Shown here piece after piece: positions 27,165 through 39,719 of a DNA stretch of 64,000 nt. Where the stretch lies: contig CAUYUJ010000003.1 of NCBI GenBank assembly GCA_963575745.1, positions 434,001-498,000 on the forward strand, given 5' to 3'. The position numbers were made by a program, and so were the translations under genes. Below the pieces are notes generated by a model. It was not told the DNA's origin and made no database searches. It saw only the letters and a list, made by a program, of their open reading frames with translations. Within the stretch, counting starts at the first letter, position 1. Each line of letters opens with the position of its first letter. Source of the stretch: Prorocentrum cordatum. Taxonomy: Eukaryota.

Positions 27165-28035
27165 ATCTTGACTTAGGTCCGGCAATAGCGACTCAAGGTG
27201 GTCCACCGCCAGATCGCGCGAAGAAACTCAACCCCCCAAAAACATCAAAACATATCTAAGCCAAAACCTGCGAAAATCTCAACCCACCAAACAACTACAA
27301 CAAAATTCTAAGCCCAAACCTGCGAAAATCTCGAACCCACACAAAGCTGCAACAAATATCTGAGCCAAAACCTTGGAACATCTCAAGCCCTAAAAAACAT
27401 CAAGAACACTTTAAGCCAAAGCCTTGGAAAATCTCAAACTCTGAAAAAGCTCCGAAACATATCTAAGCCGAAACCTGGGAAAACATCAATCCAAATAAGA
27501 GCTTGAAACCGAAACTCTAAAGCAACTCTGAGAAAACTATTGAAACAATCTACAAAACGATGAACGCTTAAAACCTTGAAAAAAAATTGAAAACTCACCA
27601 AACGCCTGAACACTATAAACCAGCTGGAAACAACTCTTTAAACAGTGATAGCAACTCTAAACAAATCTCTGGCGCCTGACAAACTCTAAACAAACATCTG
27701 GGGGAGGGGGAACTTTACGTGCAGACCCCGGCGGCACCGGAACAATCCGGCAGTTGTTTGTTCAGTTTCTAAGCGCGCATCTGTTTTCTGATTTCTCTGC
27801 GTCACGTTGTTCTGGAGTTTCGGACTCATGTTTGAGGGGGGGGTCCGATTTTCCGAGGTGTTGGCTGAGAGTTTTTGTTGCATTTGTTTGGGGGGTACGA
27901 TTTTCCCAGGTTTTGATTTAGAGATGTTTTCTATTTTTTTGGGGGGGGAAGTTTCCTGTTAAAGGTGTTCCTAAGATTTCGGGAGGTTGTCTCGGTGGAC
28001 CTCCTGTAGTATGATTGCCGAAGCTAAATCTTGTC
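27165..28035. mobile_element. AT-rich foldback/MITE-like element with degenerate TIRs and inverted subterminal ~50-bp repeats
   Basis: Left end gacttaggtccggcaatagcgactcaaggtggtccacc resembles the reverse complement of the right end ggtggacctcctgtagtatgattgccgaagctaaatc. A-rich repeat units on the left are mirrored by T-rich copies on the right. Confidence 0.65.
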
Positions 28036-28719
28036 GACGCCGATCTTAGTCCTGGTCCGTGCCGGCCGTCGCAGATTCGCGATAATGATCTACGAACTGA
28101 CGCTGACCGAAATGCTAAATAATGACAAAACTCGGCACCAACGTTTCCGCGTTCAGTCTTGGTCGTGGTCACTGTTTTCCAGTCGGTAGACTCGGGTTGG
28201 CCTGACGGGGCCGTCAAGATCATGACGAGAGCCAATCTGCAATTTTACGCGAACTCCCGCTGCAAGCATCCCACGAAAACCGGACTAGCAAAACCCGGGA
28301 CGGGCTCGTCAGAAAACGTCGGCAAACCAAAATTCCGGCGAACTCGAGTCTTATGCTTCCGGGTGTTTTCCTCCACCTGTGCTGTGCCAAGGCCTGGAAC
28401 CTGGCGACCCGGCAAAGGCCGGCCGGGCCCCCAGGAACCCTGGAGAGGAGAGCGCGCCAGTCGGCGTCATACGCCCTGGGGCCCCCGCGGGGTCCATTTC
28501 GCATGGGCGTGCCAGGGGGGGTGTCCTGCTCCTCGTCTTCCTCGTCCTCTTCCTGCTCCTCCTCTTCATTCTCTTCCTCCTTCTCCTCCTCCTCCTCCTC
28601 CTACTCCTCGGTCTCCCCCTTCTTCCTCTTCCTTCTGCCTGAGCCGGAAGTTATACTCTGTCCCTTTCCATGTGCCAGGATGTAGTTAGCAGTGGAATGC
28701 CTCCCCCTCGCGCCCTCGC

Positions 28720-29290
28720 CATCCGGCCTCGTCATTCCCCTCACTCGCACGCAGACTAGCAATCTCAAATTCGCTCGTACCCAGACCCACTCATACTCAG
28801 ACTCAACTCATACTCGCTCACGCCACTCATGCTCAAACTCATTCATGCTCAGACTCGGCCTTAAATCAGAATAACCCACACGCAGATTCTCCCATGGCCA
28901 GATCCACTCATACGCAGGTTCGCTTGACATGCTCAACCTCATCCGTGCGCGTTCTTGTCCTCATCTCAGAAATATGGATGAGTGCTTACTGATACTCGTG
29001 TGACGTATCCACCTGCACACCTCACATCACCTCGCCCACCACGTCCCTCCCGTAGGCAAGTTTACTCACACGCAGACTCAGTAACCGTCAGACTCCTGCA
29101 CACACAGACTCACTCACTCTCAGACTCACTCATACTCATACGTACGCATGCCTAGATCCACTGATACTCAGACTCAGTCACGCTCAGACTTACTCGTACT
29201 CGAATTCGCCCCCACTAAGATTCAGACCTATGATAAACCAGGCTCCTTCACTGGTGCTCAATCCCAGTAGGGCTCAAACTCACTGATCAC
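28720..29290. repeat. Degenerate ACTCA/AGACTC-rich low-complexity region
   Basis: Recurrent actca/gactc/cactc words. Confidence 0.6.
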
Positions 29291-29965
29291 TCACATCACC
29301 CATCGCGATGCGGCAGGCACTTGTGCTGTCCAAGGGGGGCCGAACAAGGTATTGTCACGGGCCCGTTCGCGCTCACATGGGTGAGACCTTTCAGGTAGAA
29401 CGTATACTTTTGTTCCTGGGAAGGGCATATCCGTTTTATGAGCCTTGTGACCACCGCGATGTAGCAAGCATCGCATTCGTGCCTCCCCACGGGGAGCCGA
29501 TCAGTCATCACGAGCCGTTCGCGCCAAAATTGGCGGGATCTCTCAGGTAGATCGAGGGAACGGGGGGGGAAGAGGCAATGAGGGGGGCGGGGGGGGGGGC
29601 TAGTCCAGCAAATGCATTCTGCCTCCGTCCAAACCTTGTCATCTGCCTCCTCCCCCTCCTCGACCATTTTCCCATCGACATCAACTCAGGAAACATGCGC
29701 ATCCGTACAGAAACGTGCTGAAATTTCTCGGAGGGGACCGGTCGACTCAAAACCGTGCTTCTTCTCCGTCCTCATTGACCTCTCCGTCTCCTCATTGAAA
29801 AACCGCTGCATGTCCTTGTATCCTCCTCGTTATTACCACCATTGTTCCCTACCTAGGCTCTGCCTAAAAGGGCTCTTACCCTCTATGCTTAAAGGGGCCG
29901 GGCAGTGGGCCCCGCCCCGGGCGGTTCCCCCAGGATCCGCCTCGCGGTTCCCCCAGCAACGTCCC

Positions 29966-30810
29966 CTAAGCTTAGCGCTGCTTAGCTTTAGCTTAGCTTT
30001 AGCTTAGCTTTAGCTTAGCTTTAGCTTAGCTTTAGCTTAGCTTTAGCTTAGCTTTAGCTTAGCTTTAGCTTAGCTTTAGCTTAGCTTTACCTTAGCTTTA
30101 GCTTAGCCTTGCTTAGCTTTAGCTTAACTTTACCTTAGCGCTACCTTAGCTTCAGCTTAACGTTAGCTTAGCTTTAGCTTAGCTTTAGCTTAGCTGTAGC
30201 TTCGATGTAGCTTAGCTTTAGCTTAGCTTTAGCTTAGCTTTAGCTTAGCTTTAGCTTAGCTTCAGCTTAGCGTTATCTTAGTTTTACCTTAGCTTTATCT
30301 TAGCTTCAGCTTAGCTTTAGCTTAGCTTTAACTTACAGTTAGCTGAGCTTTAGCTTAGCTTTAGCTTAGACTTAGCTCAGTTTTAGCTTAGCTTTAGCTT
30401 AGCTTTAGCTTAGCTTTAGCTTAGCTTTAGCTTAGCTTTAGCTTAGCTTTAGCTTAGCTTTACCTTAGCTGTAGCTTAGCTTCAGCTTGGGTTCAGCTTA
30501 GCTGCATCTTAGCTTTACCTTAGCTTCAACTTAGCTTTATCTTAGCTGTAGCTTAGCTTTAGCTTAGCTTTACCTTAGCTTTAGCCTAGCCGCAGCCCAG
30601 CTTTAGCTTAGGCTTAACTTAGCTTTAGCCTAGCTTTAGGCTAGCTTTAGCTTCGTGTTAGCTGAGCTTTCGCTTCGCTTTAGCTTAGCTTTAGCTTAGC
30701 TGCATCTTAGCTTTAGCCTCGCTTTAGGTGAGCTTTCGCTTAGCTTCAACTTAGCTGCAGCTTAGCTCTAGCTTAGCTTTAGCTTAACTTTAGCTTGGCG
30801 TTAGCTTAGC
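29966..30810. repeat. 11-bp satellite (TTTAGCTTAGC)n
   Basis: About 840 bp of array with degenerate stretches; ORF-free in the supplied track. Confidence 0.97.
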
Positions 30811-31324
30811 TATACTGTTACTACTAATGTTGTTTTCCTAGGGGCTCCAGCTCCTAGGTAGGGTCGCACTGGTATAGTTATTGTTATTCGTAGTTCGCCT
30901 TCTCCTTCTCTAGAGCTGATGGGCACAGTCGGGTCTGGCCTGTGCGAGCTCTCGGCGTCGGGACCCAGGGGGAGGCCTGGCCCGTGGGGCTTTGGGGCAA
31001 GGCGCCTGGGCCGGTCGCTGGCCCGGCGGTGGCTCGGCGATGGGGGCGGGGGCACGTCCAGGGGGGAACAAGCCGACGCAGGGGCGCGTCGCACGAGGGA
31101 TGGAGTAAACCAGGCAGACAGGCAAACAGTCCCGCACAGAAGGCGCCTACCCCCAAAGGGTCTCGAGAGCCCCCCCAAGAGGGGGGAACTATTTTTTCCC
31201 CAACCATCCTGTGGTGTTGGGTCCTCGTTTTGAAGACAGCGCCCCGCGTCACCCCCTCCTCCCGCTGCCCCCTCCTCCTCTCCACCGTCCGCATGCGTCC
31301 CCCCCACCCAGTACAGCGCTTCGT

Positions 31325-32280
31325 GGCCCCCTAGGGAGCTCCACCGAAGGCGCCAGTTGCAGGGTTCGCATGGCGGCCTCGGGCCATGTCGGCACGCCCC
31401 TGACGAGGATCGCGGCCCCATAGGGAGCTCCACCGAAGGCGTCAGCGGCAGGGTTCGCATGGCGGCCTCGGGCCACGTCGGCACGCCCCTCACGAGGATC
31501 GTGGCCCCATAGGGAGCTCCACCGAAGGCGCCAGTGGCAGGGTTCGCATGGCGGCCTCGGGCCACTTCGGCACACCCCTCACGAGGATCGTGGCCCCACA
31601 GGAGCTCCACCGAAGGCTCCAGTGGCAGGGTTCGCATGGCGGCCCGAGGATCGCGGCCCCCTAGGGAGCTCCGCCGAAAGCTCCAGTGGCAAGGTTCGCA
31701 TGGCGGCCGCGGGCCACGTCGGCACGCCCCTCACGAGGATCGTGGCCCCATAGGGAGCTCCACCGAAGGCGCCAGTGGCAGGGTTCGCATGGCGGCCTCG
31801 GGCCATTTCGGCACGCCCCTGACGAGGATCGTGGCCCCATAGGGAGCTCCACCGAAGCCTCCAGTGGCAGGGTTCGCATGGCGGCCTCGGGCCATGTCCG
31901 CGCACCCCTCACGAGGATCGTGGCCCCCTAGGGAGCTCCACCGAAGGCTCCAGTGGCAGGGTTCCCATGGCGGCCTCGGGCCACTTCGGCGCGCCCCTGA
32001 CGAGGATCGTGGCCCCATGGGGAGCTCCACCGAAGGCGCCAGTGGCGGGGTTCGCATGGCGGCCTCGGGCCATGTCGGCACGCCCCTCACAAGGATCGCG
32101 GCCCCACAGGAGCTCCACCGAAGGCGCCAGCGGCAGGGTTCGCATGGCGGCCTCGGGCCATTTCGGCACGCCCCTGACGAGGATCGTGGCCCCAAAGGAG
32201 CTCCACCGAAGGCGCCAGTGGCAGGGTTCGCGCGGCGGCCTCGGGCCATTTCGGCACACCCCTCACGAGGATCGTGGCTC
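31325..32280. repeat. 89-bp tandem repeat, ~10-11 copies
   Basis: gggagctccaccgaagg recurs at 31334, 31423, 31512, etc.; one internally deleted copy near 31640. Confidence 0.95.
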
Positions 32281-32281
32281 C

Positions 32282-32480
32282 ATAGTTGTGCTTCTTCAAC
32301 AACCGCGCCTGGGCGTCGTACTCCGTCGTGTCGACGTACAACGCCACCTCCGCCCTCATGGCTCTCAAACCCCTCTCCTGCTTTTGCTCCTCGGTCAGAG
32401 GGACGCCGTCCTTGTCGTCGTCGGCGCCCGCGAAGACGGCCACAAACGTGTTCCTGAGCATGTCGGGTTTCGGCGAGAAG
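32282..32480 (-). pseudogene. Short coding-like fragment (FSPKPDMLRNTFVAVFAG...ALYVDTTEYDAQARLLKKHNY), possibly from a Helitron-associated ORF
   Basis: High-GC3 codons and a non-repetitive protein-like sequence ending abruptly at the 89-bp array. The Helitron resemblance is from memory only. Confidence 0.35.
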
Positions 32481-32779
32481 CCGGGGCCACATAGGGAGCG
32501 CGGGCGAAAATGGTATTCAAAATTGCTGTATTCACAACTGCATATGGTTGGGTCCTTTGCCAAGCTAATTTCGGCGGTTTTCTTGAATGACTGGGGTCCC
32601 ACCAATAAGGGGTAACGATTATGTGTTTCCGCAGAACCCGCCGCGCAATAACGACGAGGACAGTGACGACTACGAACGTCGGCGGTCTGCGAAACTCTGG
32701 AGAAGCCCGCCGCAAGCGCCAAAGTTTCTCAAATCATACAACGAGCCCACCGCAGGCGCCGAATTCTTCGTTAACGCAA

Positions 32780-33121
32780 TGTGGGTCGGTCGTGGGTGGG
32801 TCGCATATGGGTCGCGGTGTGGGTCGGGGGTGGGTCGCGGGTGGGTCACAAATGGGTCGCGGGTGGGTCGCGGGTTGGGTCGCGGATGGGTGGCGGGGTG
32901 GCTCGCGGGGTGGGTCGCGGGGTGGGTCGCGGGTGGGTCGCGGGGTGGTCGCGGGTGGGTCGCGGCTTGGGTCGCGGGTGGGTCGCGGGGTGGGTCGCGG
33001 GGTGGGTCGGCGGGGTGGGTCGCGGGGTGGGTCGCGGGGTGGGTCGCGGGGTGGGTCGCGAGTGGGTCGCGGGTGGGACGACGACAACCAACAACAACAA
33101 CAACAACAACAACCAACAACC

Positions 33122-33165
<44 letters not shown>
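32780..33165. repeat. (GGGTGGGTCGCG)n followed by (CAA)n
   Basis: Directly visible. Confidence 0.95.
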
Positions 33166-33166
<1 letters not shown>

Positions 33167-34039
33167 TACTAGCACGTGGGGACACACCGTTCTCACCAGT
33201 GCCAGGGTTTTCATAGGAGGCGGGCAATACCCCCACTTTGTGGGGGGGCCGGTTCAAGCTCTACCAAATTTCCAAACGACTCTTCGCCACCACCCACACC
33301 CAGCTTCCCGCCCTATGACGTTCGGACACTTCACTTCGTGGCATGCGGACGACCGTGGCTACTATTCAGGGCCCCGCGGCCGACGACGACGGCGTGCGCG
33401 CGCGAAGAAAAAACGAATGTGTCCCGCATGGTATTATTTGACAGGGATGATGGCCCTGGCAGGTGCGCAACCGTTGTTGCAGAAGTTCGAAAAAGTTGCT
33501 CGCAAAAGCCCGTTTGACAGAAATGTTTAAAAAGTGTTGGGTTTCCTACGAATCCGCAAGAGCGCGCGGGATGAGATTTTGACATTTTTTTGTTGAAAAA
33601 CCATTGTTTTTTTGATGTTTTTATGTTAAAATCGCTACGAACACTAAGGTTTTGGAAGGATTTCGTCTTGCGCGCGCGAATGTCCACTTTACCTTATGTT
33701 TTGCAAGGGATTCTTGAAGTTTGGTTATGTTAGAACAAGAAATGTCCACTTTAGCTTATTTTTTGCAAGGGAAAACCGATCGTAACAACACAACCGGATC
33801 CGGACCAACCCGTTTTGCCTGAGACTTCCTCACGAAAATGATGAAAATGAGGCTGCGGCCTAGGCGCGGCGGGGGGGTCGTGCACCAGGGGCCCCAACAA
33901 TAATTATTCTTTAGAAGTAATAATGTTCAACAACAACAACAACAATAACGAAACAAGCAGAATCCTCACCACGGGTCGCCACTTCAGCCAAGCACCCAGG
34001 GACAATGAATGACCGTTCGAGCCCCTCTCTCTGAGTTCT

Positions 34040-34109
34040 ATTTCTACTGTTACAACCACTTATACTTATACTTAGACGTATACGTAGACTTATGCTGATA
34101 CGGATGCTG

Positions 34110-34167
<58 letters not shown>

Positions 34168-34212
34168 TACTTCTACTACTACGACTACGGCTACTACTAT
34201 TACTACTATTAA

Positions 34213-34263
<51 letters not shown>

Positions 34264-34461
34264 GACTAGTACTACTACTACTACTACTACTACACTACTA
34301 CTACTACTTACTACTACTACTACTGCTACTACTGTACTACTACCTACTACTACGACTACTACTTACTACTACTACTTCTACTACTACTACTACAATCGCT
34401 TTAACACCAACTACGACTACTGCTACTGATACTACTCCTACTACTACTACTACTACTACTT

Positions 34462-34497
<36 letters not shown>

Positions 34498-34498
34498 T

Positions 34499-34557
<59 letters not shown>

Positions 34558-34680
34558 CTACTACTACTACGAAGACGACGACGACGACTACTACTACTAC
34601 ACCTGCGAATCCTGCTACTCTTCCTAGTAATACTACGACTACTACCTCTCCTCCTCCTCCTCCTCCTTCTCCTCCGATTC

Positions 34681-34726
<46 letters not shown>

Positions 34727-34805
34727 GACTAATATCAATACTGCAATTTCTGCTACTACTCCTATTACTACAACAACTACTACGACAACTACTACTACTA
34801 CTACA

Positions 34806-34879
<74 letters not shown>

Positions 34880-34980
34880 GACTACTACTACTATTACTAC
34901 TACTACTACGACTACTACTATTACTACGACGACGACGACGACTACTACTACTACTACTACTGCTGCTACTACTACTACTG

Positions 34981-35049
<69 letters not shown>

Positions 35050-35100
35050 CGACTACTCCGACTACTCCGACGACTACGACTACTACTACAACTACAACTG
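34040..35100. repeat. (CTA)n microsatellite complex
   Basis: Directly visible. Confidence 0.95.
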
Positions 35101-36453
35101 CCGCCTTACCAGGCTCTCCTCCGCCTTCCCCTTTCCTCCTCCTGCTCCTCCTGCTCCTCCTCCTCCTCCTCTCCTCCTCCTCCTCAGGAATGACACGGGG
35201 AGGAGCGGGGGAAGGACGAAGAGGAAGAGGAGCAAGCGGAGGAGGAGCAGGAGGAGAAGGAGAAGGGAGAGATGGGGGAGGAGGAGAAGGAGGTTTTAGT
35301 ACCAGTCCTACTCACCGCCGGATGAGGAGGGAGGGGGTCAAAACTAAAAACCTCCAACGGCTATGCAGGTGCAGCGGGTGGGCGCCGGGGCGCCGGTAAA
35401 GGATGAACTGGCCGCTGAGAGGCTGGAGTCGGGTCGGAGCTGGAGTCGAAGAGGTGGGAACGGGCGCTTGAGTCGTGGAAATGGGAGCTGGAGTCGTGGA
35501 AATGGGCGCAGGATGAGGTCCATCTCAAGGATGCGTGGAGGGGAAGAATGCGGGGCATGACCAAAGCTGACACGGAAACGTCGTGTCGGTCTTGGTCACC
35601 GTCGATCTTGGTCAGCGTCAGTACTCATTCGTGGATCATCCTTGCGAGTCGTCAACGGCCGACATGGACCATGACCGAAATTGGTATCGACAAGATCCCG
35701 CGGCATCTTGGTCATGGTCCACGTGCTCATTCCCTCGAGTGTGGACTTTGAGGGGGAGGGAGGAGGCGGCAGACCGATGGTGGGCGAATCGTCTCCTTGG
35801 CCGAGGCCCCCAAAACGGTACAATATACGTAATGTCTCGAACGTCCGCTCGGATTTCTTGCATCGGCGCTGGATCCCCGCCGTGGCGCGCGGAGCGCGCC
35901 AGGGGCGGCGCCGGTGACGTCGTCACGGGGGTCCCAACGCCGATCCTAGAAATCCGCGTGGACCTCCGAGAGCTCACGCTTACGCGTGTTTCTTATCTTC
36001 GCGACCCCTCGCACTTCGTTGGAGACGACGGCTGCAACGACTGCTTCCCGAGGCACTGTGCAGCAATGTGTGTTGTTTGTCATGCATGTGCTGGCATGCG
36101 TGTGGATCCGCAGCTTCAGTCTGCAAAGTCAACCCGCATACTGAGGACTCACGATAAGGATGCAAGGGCCTTGGAAGGCCATGCCGACACTTTGCAAGCG
36201 AGGCGCGGCCAGCGAAAGCGGCCAAGGATGGGCCGAAGGGGAAGGATGCAAGTGCAACCTTGGAAGGTCGCTCATCCTTGCTATGCGGGTTGTCTGTACG
36301 CCACTGCGCCGTCAGGACGTGGCTTCATCTGTTTTTCTGTGAGACCAGACGGCGGGTGCACGTCGAGCACCTAGACGGGGGCCCACTGGGCGGCTATCGA
36401 GCGGTGGCGCAGGGGCCGCCGGAGAGGAGCAGCGGGAGCACGCGCCGGCTGTC

Positions 36454-36504
36454 CTGCAGGGAGCGCTCCGCCTCCGCGGCGCGCTCCAGCGCCGCGTCGC
36501 GCTC
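36454..36504 (-). CDS. 51-nt exon of the coiled-coil host gene (ERDAALERAAEAERSLQ)
   Basis: CAG acceptor and CAG|GA donor, phase 0/0; continues the 39035-39124 exon seamlessly. Confidence 0.6.
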
Positions 36505-38831
36505 CTGAGTTGGGCAGCCGCAGCCCTCCCCACCACCTCCCTCCCTACTCCTCTCTCCTCCTCCATCCTGCCTCCCTGGGTCCCTCCTCCTCCATTCATC
36601 TCCCCCCCCTCCTCCCCCCTCCCTTCCCTCCCCCCTCCACCTTCCTCCTCCTTCCTCCCTCCTCCCTTCCCCCTCCCTCCCCCCCCTCCCGCATCTTCCC
36701 ACATCTTCGTCCCAAGCAAACGTCTGTTACCCAAGAGGGGGAAGGTCACGGTGACGTCAGGGTTAGCGGGGTTTACAATCCCTGCCGCCCCCCTCGGTAC
36801 CGTGGTACCGTTACCAACTTATGGCGGCGGTGCCCACAACTTGGGGCGACGGCGCAGATGTGCGTCATCGATCATCGACGACCACCACGGCCACGACAAG
36901 GACGAACGACGACGACGATGAGGACGTCGTCCAGACGCCTTTGGGAGGCCTCAGGAAGCCCGGAGGCTACCGGCAGTCTTTCTGAACGCCTTCGAAGTCG
37001 AGAACAGCCCCACAATATCAGAACAAGTTGCACAGCAGTGTGGCGGAGCAGTATTCGAATAGCCTGCGAGCGACACAAGGTGCCTGGGAGCTCCGCGTGA
37101 GCCTGTGAGCGCAGCGGCGAAAACGAGACGACGTGCCCTCCTCCATCCTCTTGGGGGGGCGTCCCAAGGGAGAGGAAAGCACATGGCCCGAGCCCGCTTG
37201 CTGATGGGCGGGGCCGCTGCGACCGACTGGGCGGCGAACCACCCCTCTGACTCGATTCCCTTCGGCTGGCTTTGGGTCCATGGCCAGAGCCTCAGGTCAG
37301 ACGCAGAGGGACATACTAGTACGACGCGTCCTCCTAGGAGGCGCGCAACCGACCCGAAACATAGAGCACCACTTTCTTATGGCATATCGTTGCCCGAACG
37401 GTATGGCCAGAAAGCACCCGCCACGGAGCTTATACTAAGAGGATCTCTCGGCGCGTCGCCCCTGTGGGGGCTGGGTCTCCCGCGGGGGCGCGAAGATACA
37501 GTCGACCCGTATCAGAAGGATGCGCGATACAGATGCAAGGGCCTTGGACGCCCATTCCGAAGCTTCTCGAACGGGGCGCGGCCAACGAAAGTGGCCAGGG
37601 ATGGGCCGAGGAGGCAAGGATGCAGGGGTACCCTTGGGAAGGTTGCCCATCCTCACTCTGCGGGTTGACTGTAATCGCGCTCCGCGCACCGCGGTCTGGG
37701 CCAGAGCGGCTGCCCTTCTCCAGAGGGTGCGAGCGCGAGGGCGCGAGGGCGCGAAAAGAATTGCGCGTTGCGCATCGCGGGGCAATTCGCGATCAAGCGG
37801 CCGTTGGGGAATATTCCGGCCTCCACGGAACTGTCTCTGCGAGGCGCAACTGCTACTGGAAAGCACGACAAACCTCCCTCGACCCCCACCCAAGATATCC
37901 GACGATGTGATTTCTTCAATCCGCGGCCCCAGAGGTCCCGACACACCCCTCCCCATTGGCAATTTTTTGTCCTGGATCCAATATGATGGCCCCGAGGCCC
38001 GATAACGGCCCCAATATTCCGAAACCGAGGGAAAACGCACAGAATGAACAAAACACACATATCGTCTGAGATCTGGACTGCCATCCTCTCCCTTCCGTGA
38101 GGGGAAACTTTACGGGGGTGGCTGGCTCAGGGAGAGAAGTATCGACCTGGAATCGGCGATACATCTCCGATAGATCGGCGATCGGCCCCCGATGGTGAAC
38201 CCACGCAGAGTTAAAGCCCCCTGGGACCCTGGGCCTCGAGAGAGGGTACACTGGGGGCCTCCGGGGAGGCTCCCTGAACCGCCGGCAGCATGCCCGAAAT
38301 GGGCACGTACAAAAAAGGTACGACGCCCAACTGTGCATGTAGTCCAACACCGACAGCGTCCGCTGCTGGGCAAGCGCCTCTCCGTATCGAGTGGGCACCG
38401 TCCGTGGCGACGCCGACAGAGAATCCAGCTCAAAACGGACAGGACCTGCTGTCAGCTTTCGTCCCCATCCTTTCCGTACTCACTTCGACCGTGCAGACAC
38501 CTGAGCCTACGGCCAGAAACTGCTGCTTAGCGTGTCGCGGCGGCGGCCCTGGCGACACCATGCTATGCACTGCGAGTGCATAGCGTGTCGCTGCGCTCCG
38601 CGGGTCGGGAGGCTCGGGAAAGCTGAGAACGTTGACGCCTCGGGAATCGAAGTGGATAGCGTGTCGCGCCGCAGCGCGGTGGGCCAGAACCCGCGGAACG
38701 ACACGGTACCCAAACCTTCCCGACCGCATCCGCTTGAAAAAGCATCCGCCCACGGCGGCGAGGGTCCCCCTCCCCGACGCCGAACCAGGGCGAACATCGC
38801 CCGAACCCCCTGGAACCTTCGGAAACTTTCC

Positions 38832-38863
<32 letters not shown>

Positions 38864-39034
38864 ACACACCTCGGAAATCACGACGACGACGACGACGAAG
38901 ACGACTATGGCGACAAGAACGATGGCGACGACGGCGATGGCGACAACGACGACGACGAATCGGCTGTATCTGACTCATCTGACATTGCCTCCCTTCCTTG
39001 GGAGTTGGACGGGGGCGTGCTTCGGCCGGCCGGC

Positions 39035-39124
39035 CTGCGCGGCGCGCTCGAGCTGCACCTCGGCCAGCTGCGCGCGCTTCCGCTCCTGCGCGTCGCGCGT
39101 CTTCAACAGCTCCGACAGCTCCGC
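39035..39124 (-). CDS. 90-nt exon of the coiled-coil host gene (AELSELLKTRDAQERKRAQLAEVQLERAAQ)
   Basis: CAG acceptor and CAG|GC donor, exactly 30 codons, all GC3. Confidence 0.65.
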
Positions 39125-39719
39125 CTGTCGGCAAGCCCAGGGTGCCCAGATTACCCAAGGTCGCGCCCTCGCGCCCCGCGATGTGCGAGCATCCTCGCGC
39201 TCTCGAGTCGCCGATGCGCGCGCGGGCGCGGCTGGGGCACATTCAGCCCTGTGGCGGGGGGGGGCGCGGCGGAGGGGCGCAGGGGGCGCTCGGCCCCGAG
39301 AGGGGGGAGGATATCACGAGCGGCGAGAGGAGGAGAAGGAGGCGGCAAGAGCAGGACGAGCCAAGGCAATTCCCGCACAAACGGAGCCAACACGAAACCA
39401 GCGACCAGAAACGAGGAGGAGGAGAAGGAGAAGAAGAGGAGACAAACTCGGGCGCCCGCCCTAAACCCGAGGATAAACTGGTACGTCCAAAAACAAACGG
39501 TAAATCCTGCCTACCGCAGGCGCCGGCCAGGGCGGACAAATCGTGGCCTCCCTTGCGAGAGCAGCAGCTAGCGGACACCACTGGGAGGAGGAGGAGGAGG
39601 AGGAGGAGGAGGAGGAGGAGGAGGAGGAGGAGGAGGAGGAGGAGGAGGAGGAGGAGGAGGAGGAGGAGGAGGAGGAGGAAAGGAGGAGGACGAGCGAAGA
39701 GTGGGAGAACCGTATGATA

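Noticed and set aside
27361..27370. tgagccaaaa as an SL relic
   Set aside because: Part of the A-rich subterminal repeat unit; lacks the flanking SL bases.
31325..32280. 89-bp array (and the 83/95-bp arrays) as CRISPR
   Set aside because: Whole units are repeated with no unique spacers, there are no cas genes, and the context is eukaryotic.
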